Shown here in pieces: positions 11,951 through 20,632 of a DNA stretch of 64,000 nt; the first letter of the stretch is position 1, and every line of letters starts with the position of its first letter. Position numbers and translations under genes: made by a program. The DNA comes from Hyphomicrobiales bacterium (GTDB lineage Bacteria; Pseudomonadota; Alphaproteobacteria; Rhizobiales; JANPGK01), in the NCBI GenBank assembly GCA_031423895.1, contig JANPGK010000005.1, forward strand, positions 58,683 to 122,682, read 5' to 3'. The notes beneath the pieces are model-generated. The model was not told the DNA's origin and made no database searches. It saw nothing but the letters and a program-made list of their open reading frames with translations.

Positions 11951-12517
11951 TTGACGATCACAAATCCGTTATACACGCAGCGCTTGGTGCAGTTGGCGCA
12001 AATGAAGCCCCCCGCTTTGCCGCTTGAAAATGCCAATGCCCGCGCCACAGCCCATGCCAAAATGTGTGGCTCCACCATCACAATTGAGGTGCGGATTGAG
12101 AATGACGCCATTGTGGCGCTTGCAGGCGATATTGACGCCTGCGCGCTGGGCAAAGCCGCCACAGCCATTGTGTGTACGCACATTCCGGGGTTGACGTATG
12201 CAGAGCTGATGCAGGCCAAAGGGTGGTTAGAGGGGGTGTTGGGGGGGGCTTCACTTTCGCTCCCCCCTTGCGGGGGAGCTGTCGAGCGCAGCGAGACTGA
12301 GGGGGGTAAATCTAATAAGAAAGCACAAGAAAACCCCTCATCCGCCCCTTACGGGGCACCTTCTCCCGCAAGGGGAGAAGGGAATCCCACATGGGCCGAC
12401 CTCGCTATTTTCGAAGCCGCGCGCGACATCCCCTTACGTCATGCGTCTGTTTTATTGATATTTACAGCGCTGGAGGGTACGTTTGAAAATTTACATCGCA
12501 GTGAATCAAAAATATAA
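11951..12517 (+). CDS. NifU/IscU N-terminal-domain Fe-S scaffold protein with an in-frame repeat-derived insertion
   Basis: AKMCGSTITI, DACALGKAA, WADLAIFEAARD, RHASVLL. Extra segment of about 43 aa (SLPPCGGAVERSETEGG...SPARGEG) is encoded by the family A repeat. TTG start uncertain. Confidence 0.8.
   Translation: MTITNPLYTQRLVQLAQMKPPALPLENANARATAHAKMCGSTITIEVRIENDAIVALAGDIDACALGKAATAIVCTHIPGLTYAELMQAKGWLEGVLGGASLSLPPCGGAVERSETEGGKSNKKAQENPSSAPYGAPSPARGEGNPTWADLAIFEAARDIPLRHASVLLIFTALEGTFENLHRSESKI
12255..12384. repeat. Palindromic repeat family A, copy 2 (intragenic, in frame)
   Basis: CTCCCCCCTTGCGGG...CCCGCAAGGGGAGAAGG, closely similar to 976-1112. Confidence 0.85.
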
Positions 12518-12600
12518 AATAATAATCACTCGACCCCCCACACAGCACTTGAGATTCATAGAGAGTTGGCGTAACACCTAAGCTTGCGGATTCACTCTTT

Positions 12601-15573
12601 ATGGACAGTACAATGTCGCGACAACTTCCAAACCAAGCGTTCCTCGATACAGCCTTTTTAGATGGCGGCAACGCCCGATATTTAGAGGCCATGTATGCGC
12701 AATATGTGCAAAACCCTTCAGCGTTCGACCCCTCATGGGGTGAATTTTTCGCCCAAATGGGGGAAGACACCGCACAAGTGGCACAAAATGCGGCTGGCCC
12801 AAGCTGGAAAAAACCCAATTGGCCAAAGGCGGCAGATGGCGATTTGATCTCGGCGCTGGATGGCAACTGGGCGGCTGTTGAGCAAAAACTCACCGATAAA
12901 ATCAAAGGCAAGGCTGAAAAAGCAGGCGCGCCCCTCACGCCAGAGCAACTTTCGCACGCCACGCGCGATTCGATTCATGCTGTTCATCTCATTCGCTGCT
13001 ACCGAATCAATGGCCATTTGCTGGCGAATCTCGACCCGCTCGAGATGGAAAAGCGCGACATTCCGCCTGAATTAGACCCTGCCTATTTTGGATTTACTGA
13101 AGCAGACTACGATCGCTCCATTTTCTTGGATGGAATGCTGGGCTATCAAACCGCCACTTTGCGCGAAATTTTGGCCACCTTGCGCCAAACCTATTGCGGC
13201 ACGGTTGGTTATGAATATATGCATATTTCCGACCTCACCCAGCGCGTGTGGTTGCAGGAGCGGATTGAAGGCGCCGATAAATCTATTAAATTCACCGCGG
13301 AGGGCAAACGCGCCATTTTGCAGCGCTTGATGGAGGCTGATGGCTTCGAAAAATTCCTCGATGTGCGCTACACAGGCACCAAGCGCTTTGGGCTGGATGG
13401 TGGCGAGTCGCTCATCCCCGCGCTCGAGCAAATCATCAAGCGCGGCGGCGCTTTGGGCGTGAACGAAGTTGTGCTGGGCATGGCGCATCGTGGGCGTTTG
13501 AACGTGTTATGCCAGGTGATGAAAAAGCCATTTCGTGCATTATTTCATGAGTTTAAAGGTGGCTCTTCACAGCCCGATGATGTGGAAGGCTCCGGCGATG
13601 TGAAATATCACCTCGGTGCATCGGCCGATCGTGAATTCGACGGCAATACTGTGCATTTATCGCTCACCGCCAACCCTTCGCATCTTGAAATTGTGAACCC
13701 TGTTGTGCTGGGCAAAGTGCGCGCCAAGCAGGATCAACGCGGTGATCGCGAACGCAATACCGTGCTGCCACTCTTGTTGCATGGCGATGCGGCGTTTGCT
13801 GGCCAAGGCGTTGTGGCCGAATGCTTCGGGCTTTCCGGATTGAAGGGCCATAAAACAGGCGGTTCAGTACACTTTATCATCAACAACCAAATTGGCTTCA
13901 CCACCAATCCGCGCTTTTCGCGCTCGTCGCCCTACCCTTCCGATGTGGCGAAAATGATTGACGCGCCGATTTTCCATTGCAATGGCGACGACCCAGAAGC
14001 TGTGACATTCGCCGCCAAATTAGCGATCGAATTCCGCCAAGCGTTCCACAAACCTGTGGTGGTGGATATGATCTGCTATCGCCGCTATGGCCATAATGAA
14101 ACGGATGAGCCTGCGTTCACCCAGCCCATTATGTATCGCAAAATTCGCGCCCACCCCACCACGATGGAAATTTATAGCCAGCGCTTGATTGCCGAAGGAG
14201 TCATTTCAGCTGCCGAAGTGGATGCGTTAAAAGCCAAATTCCGTGCCGATTTGGAGGTGGAATATACCGCCGGCCAAAACTTCAAACCCAATAAAGCCGA
14301 CTGGCTCGATGGGCGCTGGTCTGGCCTCAAATCTGCCGACCACGAGAACGACAAAACCGTGCGCGCAGGGGCAACAGGCGTTGATGTGGCGATTTTGAAG
14401 GACATCGGCGATAAAATCACCGTTGTGCCGTCCGATTTTCAACCCCATAAAACCATTCAACGCTTCCTCGATAATCGCAAAAAAATTATGAACGAGGGCA
14501 AAGGGCTCGATTGGGCCACGGCCGAAGCGCTTGCGCTGTGCTCATTGCTCAAGGAGGGGCATAATGTGCGGCTTTCAGGGCAAGATTGCGAGCGCGGCAC
14601 CTTCTCACAGCGCCACACAGTGCTGTATGATCAAGAAACCGAAAAACGCTACAAGCCATTCAGCAATTTGGGCACTGGCCAAGCGCGTTATGAAGTGATC
14701 AACTCCATGCTCTCGGAGGAGGCTGTGCTGGGCTATGAATATGGCTATTCCACTGCCGAGCCAAAAAGCCTCACCATTTGGGAAGCGCAATTTGGCGACT
14801 TCACCAATGGCGCGCAAGTGATTATCGACCAGTTTATCTCATCGGCGGAGCGTAAATGGCTGCGGATGTCGGGCTTGGTGATGATGTTGCCGCACGGCTA
14901 TGAAGGCCAAGGGCCAGAGCATTCCTCCGCACGGGTGGAGCGATTCTTGCAACAATGTGCTGAAGACAACATGCAAATTGTCAATTGCACCACGCCTGCC
15001 AATTATTTCCATGTATTGCGCCGCCAATTGAAGCGCGATTTCCGCAAACCGCTGGTGATCTTCACGCCAAAATCACTGTTGCGTCACAAGCGCTGCGTGT
15101 CCGATTTGGTGGATATGGGGCCCGATAGCAAATTCCATCGCATTTTGCGCGACGATGCCGATTATCGCACTGGCACATTGCCGCAAAAAATGAATGCCGA
15201 TGATAAAATCCGCCGCGTGGTGCTGTGCACGGGCAAGGTCTATTATGATCTGCTGGATGAGCGCGAAAAGCGTGGGCTAACGGATGTCTATATTTTGCGC
15301 GTTGAGCAGCTCTATCCGCTGCCGGCGGATGCGATTGCCACCGAGTTGCAGCGCTTCAAAAACGCCACGGTCACATGGTGCCAGGAAGAACCCAAAAATA
15401 TGGGCGCATGGAGCTATATCGCTCCACAATTGGAAATTATTGTGAGCGACTTAGGCGCAAAAAACACCAAAATTGCCTATGCGGGGCGCGCCTATTCGGC
15501 GTCCACCGCCACAGGGTTGATGAGCAAACATCTGTTACAACTTGCCGAACTGCTAGAAGCGGCACTGGGTTAA
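12601..15573 (+). CDS. sucA: 2-oxoglutarate dehydrogenase E1
   Basis: KRFGLDGGES, GMAHRGRLN, LHGDAAFAGQG, GHNETDEP, GQGPEHSS. Confidence 0.98.
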   Translation: MDSTMSRQLPNQAFLDTAFLDGGNARYLEAMYAQYVQNPSAFDPSWGEFFAQMGEDTAQVAQNAAGPSWKKPNWPKAADGDLISALDGNWAAVEQKLTDKIKGKAEKAGAPLTPEQLSHATRDSIHAVHLIRCYRINGHLLANLDPLEMEKRDIPPELDPAYFGFTEADYDRSIFLDGMLGYQTATLREILATLRQTYCGTVGYEYMHISDLTQRVWLQERIEGADKSIKFTAEGKRAILQRLMEADGFEKFLDVRYTGTKRFGLDGGESLIPALEQIIKRGGALGVNEVVLGMAHRGRLNVLCQVMKKPFRALFHEFKGGSSQPDDVEGSGDVKYHLGASADREFDGNTVHLSLTANPSHLEIVNPVVLGKVRAKQDQRGDRERNTVLPLLLHGDAAFAGQGVVAECFGLSGLKGHKTGGSVHFIINNQIGFTTNPRFSRSSPYPSDVAKMIDAPIFHCNGDDPEAVTFAAKLAIEFRQAFHKPVVVDMICYRRYGHNETDEPAFTQPIMYRKIRAHPTTMEIYSQRLIAEGVISAAEVDALKAKFRADLEVEYTAGQNFKPNKADWLDGRWSGLKSADHENDKTVRAGATGVDVAILKDIGDKITVVPSDFQPHKTIQRFLDNRKKIMNEGKGLDWATAEALALCSLLKEGHNVRLSGQDCERGTFSQRHTVLYDQETEKRYKPFSNLGTGQARYEVINSMLSEEAVLGYEYGYSTAEPKSLTIWEAQFGDFTNGAQVIIDQFISSAERKWLRMSGLVMMLPHGYEGQGPEHSSARVERFLQQCAEDNMQIVNCTTPANYFHVLRRQLKRDFRKPLVIFTPKSLLRHKRCVSDLVDMGPDSKFHRILRDDADYRTGTLPQKMNADDKIRRVVLCTGKVYYDLLDEREKRGLTDVYILRVEQLYPLPADAIATELQRFKNATVTWCQEEPKNMGAWSYIAPQLEIIVSDLGAKNTKIAYAGRAYSASTATGLMSKHLLQLAELLEAALG

Positions 15574-15600
15574 TTCATTGAAATAAAAGGACACACAACA

Positions 15601-16824
15601 ATGGCCATCGAAATTCGCGTACCAACTCTTGGGGAATCTGTATCGGAAGCCACCATTGCCAAATGGTTCAAAAAACCAGGCGAAGCGGTGAAGGCCGATG
15701 AACCATTGGTGGAGCTGGAAACCGATAAGGTGACCGTGGAAGTGCCGGCCCCCGCTGCGGGCGCAATGGGCGATATTATCGCCAAAGAAGGCGAAACCGT
15801 GGCCGTTGGCGCGATTTTGGGCACATTAATTGCGGGCGCCGCTGGCACTGCCGCTGCCGCACCCACTGCAAAAGCCGCTGAAGCACCAAAAGTCGCGGCC
15901 CCTGCTCCACAAGTTTCAGCGCCAGCCGTTGCAACTCCAAATGCAGCTGTTATGCCATCTGCTGCGCGCATTGGCACAGAATCGGGAATCAATCCTGTGC
16001 TTGTGCCTGGAACTGGTAAGGATGGCCGTGTGACCAAAGGCGACATGCTGCAAGCTGTACAATTTGGCACCCCTGCCGCTGCTGCACCTGCCGCAATTCG
16101 TGTGGCCTCAGCCCCCGCCGATGCTGCCCGCGAAGAGCGCGTGCGCATGACAAAATTGCGCCAAACCATTGCCCGCCGCCTGAAAGAGGCGCAGTCTACT
16201 GCCGCCATGCTCACCACATTTAACGAGGTGGATTTGACAGAGGTGATGGCGCTGCGCAATCGCTACAAGGATGTGTTCGAGAAAAAGCACGGCGTGAAAT
16301 TAGGCTTCATGAGCTTTTTTGTGAAAGCCTGCACCAATGCGCTGAAAGAAATTCCTGCCGTGAATGGCGAGATCGACGGCACCGATTTGGTCTATAAAAA
16401 TTATTACCATATTGGCGTGGCTGTGGGCACAGACAAAGGACTTGTGGTGCCTGTATTGCGCGATGCCGACCAAATGGGCTTTGCGCAAGTGGAACAAACC
16501 ATTGCCAATTATGGCAAAAAAGCGCGCGATGGGCAATTATCGATGGACGACATGCAAGGCGGCACGTTCACCATCTCGAATGGTGGAGTCTATGGCTCGC
16601 TGATGTCCACCCCCATTCTCAACGCGCCGCAATCCGCTATTTTGGGCATGCACAAAATTCAAGAACGGCCAATGGCTGTGAATGGACAAATTGTGATCCG
16701 CCCCATGATGTATTTGGCGCTTTCATACGACCACCGCATTATTGATGGCAAAGAAGCAGTGACCTTCCTTGTGCGGGTGAAAGACGCACTGGAAGACCCA
16801 AGCCGAATTGTGCTCGATTTGTGA
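15601..16824 (+). CDS. sucB: 2-oxoglutarate dehydrogenase E2 (dihydrolipoamide succinyltransferase)
   Basis: ELETDKV lipoyl domain, [20 protein letters not shown]. Confidence 0.97.
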   Translation: MAIEIRVPTLGESVSEATIAKWFKKPGEAVKADEPLVELETDKVTVEVPAPAAGAMGDIIAKEGETVAVGAILGTLIAGAAGTAAAAPTAKAAEAPKVAAPAPQVSAPAVATPNAAVMPSAARIGTESGINPVLVPGTGKDGRVTKGDMLQAVQFGTPAAAAPAAIRVASAPADAAREERVRMTKLRQTIARRLKEAQSTAAMLTTFNEVDLTEVMALRNRYKDVFEKKHGVKLGFMSFFVKACTNALKEIPAVNGEIDGTDLVYKNYYHIGVAVGTDKGLVVPVLRDADQMGFAQVEQTIANYGKKARDGQLSMDDMQGGTFTISNGGVYGSLMSTPILNAPQSAILGMHKIQERPMAVNGQIVIRPMMYLALSYDHRIIDGKEAVTFLVRVKDALEDPSRIVLDL

Positions 16825-16831
16825 GGATCAT

Positions 16832-17470
16832 ATGTTAGCAGCACTCGCGCTTTATTTACAATATATTGCCCTGTATTTGGGCGTTGTGCTGCTTGGTGGC
16901 TCGATTGTTCACATGCCTGCAGACCCTGCCCGCTACACAATTCTGGCACTTATTGGTATCGGCATTTTTTTGGCAGCCTCATTTAATGAAGTGCGATTGA
17001 AGCGCAAGAATGAGCCAGAATTCTCGGCTGTGCGCTATCTCATTATTAGTTTTTTTATGTCGATTGGCTTGGGCATGATGAGCGGTTCAATCCAGCATTT
17101 TCTCGATACGCCGCTATATTCCACAAAATTGCTCACAATTGGGCTATTCCTCTCGGCGATCACCTATTATATTCGTGAACATACCGAAAAATTCTCTAAA
17201 ATTGCCCTTCAGTACACTCTCACCATAGTGGTTGTAACTGCGTGTATCGGCGGCGGATTATACAGCTATGCCACCGCATTAGAAGCAGATCGCACACAGC
17301 AGGCCGCCAAAGAGACTGCAGCAATAATCGCGCAAGAGGCCGCGTATAAAGCCCAATTACGCCAGCAGATTGAGGCGGAATTGAAAAATATTCCCGTTGC
17401 GCCAAATACAGTAACTGCGCCTATAAAAAAACCTCAAAAAGCATCAGACGGCCATAATCATACGCATTAA
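16832..17470 (+). CDS. Hypothetical multi-pass membrane protein with C-terminal coiled coil and His-rich tail
   Basis: GAGGA RBS before ATG at 16832; about five hydrophobic segments; ends DGHNHTH. Confidence 0.7.
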   Translation: MLAALALYLQYIALYLGVVLLGGSIVHMPADPARYTILALIGIGIFLAASFNEVRLKRKNEPEFSAVRYLIISFFMSIGLGMMSGSIQHFLDTPLYSTKLLTIGLFLSAITYYIREHTEKFSKIALQYTLTIVVVTACIGGGLYSYATALEADRTQQAAKETAAIIAQEAAYKAQLRQQIEAELKNIPVAPNTVTAPIKKPQKASDGHNHTH

Positions 17471-17488
17471 TAATTACAGAAATTGAAT

Positions 17489-18361
17489 TTATTTCACCAC
17501 TTCTGCCAAATAATCATGCATCAAGTTTTGCGTTATTTCACCCACAGTGAAGGTATACTCACCAATTTCAGAAACAGGTGTCACTTCCGCTGCCGTACCG
17601 CAAATAAAGCATTGCTCAAATGTGCCAAGTTCTTCAGGCATAATATGGCGTTCAATCACGTTAATGCCACGTTTTTTGGCCAATTCTATCACGGTGCGGC
17701 GCGTGATCCCATCCAAAAAGCAATCTGGCGTGGGGGTGTGAAGTTCACCATTTTTGACAAAAAATACATTGGCGCCCGTGCATTCTGCAATATACCCGCG
17801 ATAATCATACATCAACGCGTCGGCATAGCCTTTGCGCTCGGCCTCATGCTTAGAGATGGTACAAATCATGTATAACCCTGTGGCTTTGGCCTTGCAGGGA
17901 ATGGTTTCGGGCGATGGACGTTTATATTTTGCAATATCCAAGCGCAAGCCCTTCAGGCGCTGCTCCATAGCAAAATAACTTGGCCATTCCCACACGGCGA
18001 TGGCCAAATGAATGGTGTTGTGTTGGGCAGAAACGCCCATCATCTCGCTGCCACGCCATGCGATGGGGCGAATATAGGCATCTTGCAGACCGCTCACCTT
18101 CAATGCTTCGTTGCAGGCCGCATCAATTTCCTCAGGGGAATATGGAATTTTCATGTCCAATTCACTCGCTGAGAATATCAAGCGCTGCGAATGCTCATGT
18201 AATTTGAAAATTTTACCATTATACGCGCGCTCACCCTCAAACACGGCGGAACCATAATGCAAAGCGTGCGTGAGCACATGCACTTTCGCATCTTTCCACG
18301 GCACCATTGCGCCATCAAACCAGATGAAGCCATCGCGTTGATCAAATGGAACTGCAGACAT
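17489..18361 (-). CDS. ilvE: Branched-chain amino acid aminotransferase
   Basis: HALHYGSAVFEG, KAKATGLY, ECTGANVFF, LDGITRRTV, GTAAEVTPV. Confidence 0.95.
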   Translation of the reverse strand: MSAVPFDQRDGFIWFDGAMVPWKDAKVHVLTHALHYGSAVFEGERAYNGKIFKLHEHSQRLIFSASELDMKIPYSPEEIDAACNEALKVSGLQDAYIRPIAWRGSEMMGVSAQHNTIHLAIAVWEWPSYFAMEQRLKGLRLDIAKYKRPSPETIPCKAKATGLYMICTISKHEAERKGYADALMYDYRGYIAECTGANVFFVKNGELHTPTPDCFLDGITRRTVIELAKKRGINVIERHIMPEELGTFEQCFICGTAAEVTPVSEIGEYTFTVGEITQNLMHDYLAEVVK

Positions 18362-18408
18362 AGAAGCCTCTTACATTTTTAGGATTATTGCGTTAGCCTG
18401 CAGTACTA

Positions 18409-19158
18409 ATGGCACTTAACACCGATGACAAGCCCAAAATGGATATAAATATACACGAACCCACTGCCAGCATAGCTCATATATTAATAGTGGATGACGA
18501 TGCCCGCATCCGCGCATTATTATGTCGCTATTTGCAGGAAAATGGCTGGCGCACCTCATCGGCTGGCACGGCACATGCCGCACGGCACCTGATGGACAGC
18601 CTCGCATTTGATGCCCTGATTGTGGATGTGATGATGCCAGATGAAACGGGGTTCTCATTCGTCAAAAGTCTGCGCGCAGCCGATGTGCGTGTGCCAGTGC
18701 TTATGCTGACCGCCAAAGCCGAGGTGGAAGACAGAATCATGGGGCTGGAATTGGGGGCGGATGATTACCTGACCAAACCATTTGCCCCGCGCGAGCTGGA
18801 GCTGCGCCTGCAGCGCCTCATTGCTAAACCTGCGATGATAGAAGCGCCCGCAGCGCAAGAATTGCGCGCCATTCATTTTGGCAGCTATCGATTTGACCTC
18901 ACAACAAAAGCCCTCAGTAGTGCGGGGAACGCGGTATATATTACCGAGCGAGAACGGCAAATTTTGGAAATATTGGCCAATACGCCCAACCAGATTGTGC
19001 CGCGCCGTGTGTTTTTAGCGCAAATTCAGCTGGATACACGCGCGCTCGATGTGGCGATGAAGCGCCTACGTGATAAACTCGAACACAATCCCGCAAAGCC
19101 GCATTATATTCTCACGGCACGCGGGGTTGGGTTTCAGCTTGCGGGGCATGGCATCTGA
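18409..19158 (+). CDS. OmpR-family response regulator
   Basis: ILIVDDD, DVMMPDETG, LMLTAK, GADDYLTKPF, winged helix with TARGVGF. Start uncertain. Confidence 0.92.
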   Translation: MALNTDDKPKMDINIHEPTASIAHILIVDDDARIRALLCRYLQENGWRTSSAGTAHAARHLMDSLAFDALIVDVMMPDETGFSFVKSLRAADVRVPVLMLTAKAEVEDRIMGLELGADDYLTKPFAPRELELRLQRLIAKPAMIEAPAAQELRAIHFGSYRFDLTTKALSSAGNAVYITERERQILEILANTPNQIVPRRVFLAQIQLDTRALDVAMKRLRDKLEHNPAKPHYILTARGVGFQLAGHGI

Positions 19159-19167
19159 GCGCTTAGC

Positions 19168-19635
19168 TTACTTCGGCAGCGGCTTTGGTGTATCAGATTG
19201 CCCGCGCAAATACGCGATCAAATCTGCGCGATCTTGGGGTTTTTCTATGCCAACAAAACTCATGGTTGTGCCTTTGGCAAATTCTGATGGTTTTTTCAAA
19301 TAGGTGTATAGTGTGGCATAATCCCATTTACCAGCTTGTTTTGCGGTCATAGCCGCCGAATATTTGAAGTCTGGCGCGGCAGCAATTGGTTTATCAACAA
19401 TATCATATAAATTTGGGCCAATTTTCTTGGCGCCACCTTTATCAAAACTATGGCACGAAACACATTTTTTCGCGATAGACTCACCCTTCACCTTATCGGC
19501 ACTTGCAAGCAATTGTGCAATCGGAAGCTCAGCATCGGGTGCAGCTGGCGTTTGCGCATGGGCAAGTGGTGCACAAAGCATAGACATACACACGCATGCT
19601 GTGCACGATAACATCTTGATATTTATGGTGTTCAT
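19168..19635 (-). CDS. Class I cytochrome c (CycM/c2-like) with signal peptide
   Basis: GGAG RBS plus ATG at 19635, signal peptide, CVSCH, IGPNLY, GTTMSFVG, DLIAYL. Confidence 0.92.
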   Translation of the reverse strand: MNTINIKMLSCTACVCMSMLCAPLAHAQTPAAPDAELPIAQLLASADKVKGESIAKKCVSCHSFDKGGAKKIGPNLYDIVDKPIAAAPDFKYSAAMTAKQAGKWDYATLYTYLKKPSEFAKGTTMSFVGIEKPQDRADLIAYLRGQSDTPKPLPK

Positions 19636-19696
19636 AACTGTTCTCCAAAGCCAATAAGAAGGCGCATTCCGAATAGCATAAGCAGCATAAAAAGTC

Positions 19697-19710
19697 TTGA
19701 TACAAATCAA
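19697..19710. promoter_or_regulatory. Perfect FNR/FixK box between divergent cytochrome c and Crp/Fnr genes
   Basis: TTGAT-ACAA-ATCAA. Confidence 0.88.
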
Positions 19711-19754
19711 GCATAGCAGTTGCTTTATATCCGCAACCTTCATATAAATTACGA

Positions 19755-20519
19755 ATGTTACACGAACACCAAACTGAACAACACTTTCCGTTTGAAGATG
19801 CGCAGACACTCTTACGCGCATACCCTGGCATTTATGAATTGTTGCGCACCCATATGGATGAGCGCCGATTTCAAAAAGATCATCCCGTATTTTTTCATGG
19901 TGATGCCGCACATAGTTTTTGGTATGTGGTGCAAGGTTGGGTAAAACTGGCGCGACAAACGCCAGACGGCAAAGAAACCGTTGTTGCGCTGTGCACTGAG
20001 GGTGATTTATTATCGGATTGCGCCTTATTTGAAAATTCTAATTATAATACCAATGCAAATGTGATTAGCGAAACCGCTATTTTGGGCGTAATTCCAGCTG
20101 TCCAACTGCGCAGGATTTTAAATGAGCACGCAGATATTGCGAAACAATTTATGCAATTGATGCAACACAATGCCCAGCGCACACAGTTAAATTTTGAACA
20201 TCTTCAAACCATGTCGGCGGCACAGCGTTTGGGCTGCTTTATTATGCGGCTGTGTGATCGGCAGAATAAAGGCCCTGAAACGATCTATATTCCAGTTGAG
20301 AAACACATACTCGCCAATCATTTGGGAATGAAGGCTGAAACGCTTTCGCGCAGCCAGCAACAATTGCGAGACATCGGTGTATATATCAACGGCAACGAAG
20401 TGCGCATTGATAAAATTGAATCACTCCTCAATTTTGTGTGTGTCAGTTGCTCAGATCAAGGCCAGTGCACTGTGGAGCAGAAGCTGTGTGCTCATTCATC
20501 ATCGTGCAAAATGCGTTGA
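19755..20519 (+). CDS. Crp/Fnr-family transcriptional regulator with C-terminal Cys cluster
   Basis: cNMP-like domain (FFHGDAAHSFWYVVQGWVKL), SAAQRLG, HTH LANHLGMKAETLSR. Confidence 0.9.
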   Translation: MLHEHQTEQHFPFEDAQTLLRAYPGIYELLRTHMDERRFQKDHPVFFHGDAAHSFWYVVQGWVKLARQTPDGKETVVALCTEGDLLSDCALFENSNYNTNANVISETAILGVIPAVQLRRILNEHADIAKQFMQLMQHNAQRTQLNFEHLQTMSAAQRLGCFIMRLCDRQNKGPETIYIPVEKHILANHLGMKAETLSRSQQQLRDIGVYINGNEVRIDKIESLLNFVCVSCSDQGQCTVEQKLCAHSSSCKMR

Positions 20520-20632
20520 GCGGCACCGTCTAAATCCTCAAATTGGTCATTCTTCATCGCCCAAAAAAATGCAGCAAGCCCCGCAAACCCAAGGGTAAAT
20601 GCAATCGGGATGAGGTAAACGAGAATGTTCAT
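20492..20632 (-). CDS. ccoS: cbb3 oxidase maturation protein CcoS/FixS (46 aa, not in ORF track)
   Basis: Hand translation: MNILVYLIPIAFTLGFAGLAAFFWAMKNDQFEDLDGAAQRILHDDE; start overlaps the ccoI stop. Confidence 0.93.
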   Translation of the reverse strand: MNILVYLIPIAFTLGFAGLAAFFWAMKNDQFEDLDGAAQRILHDDE

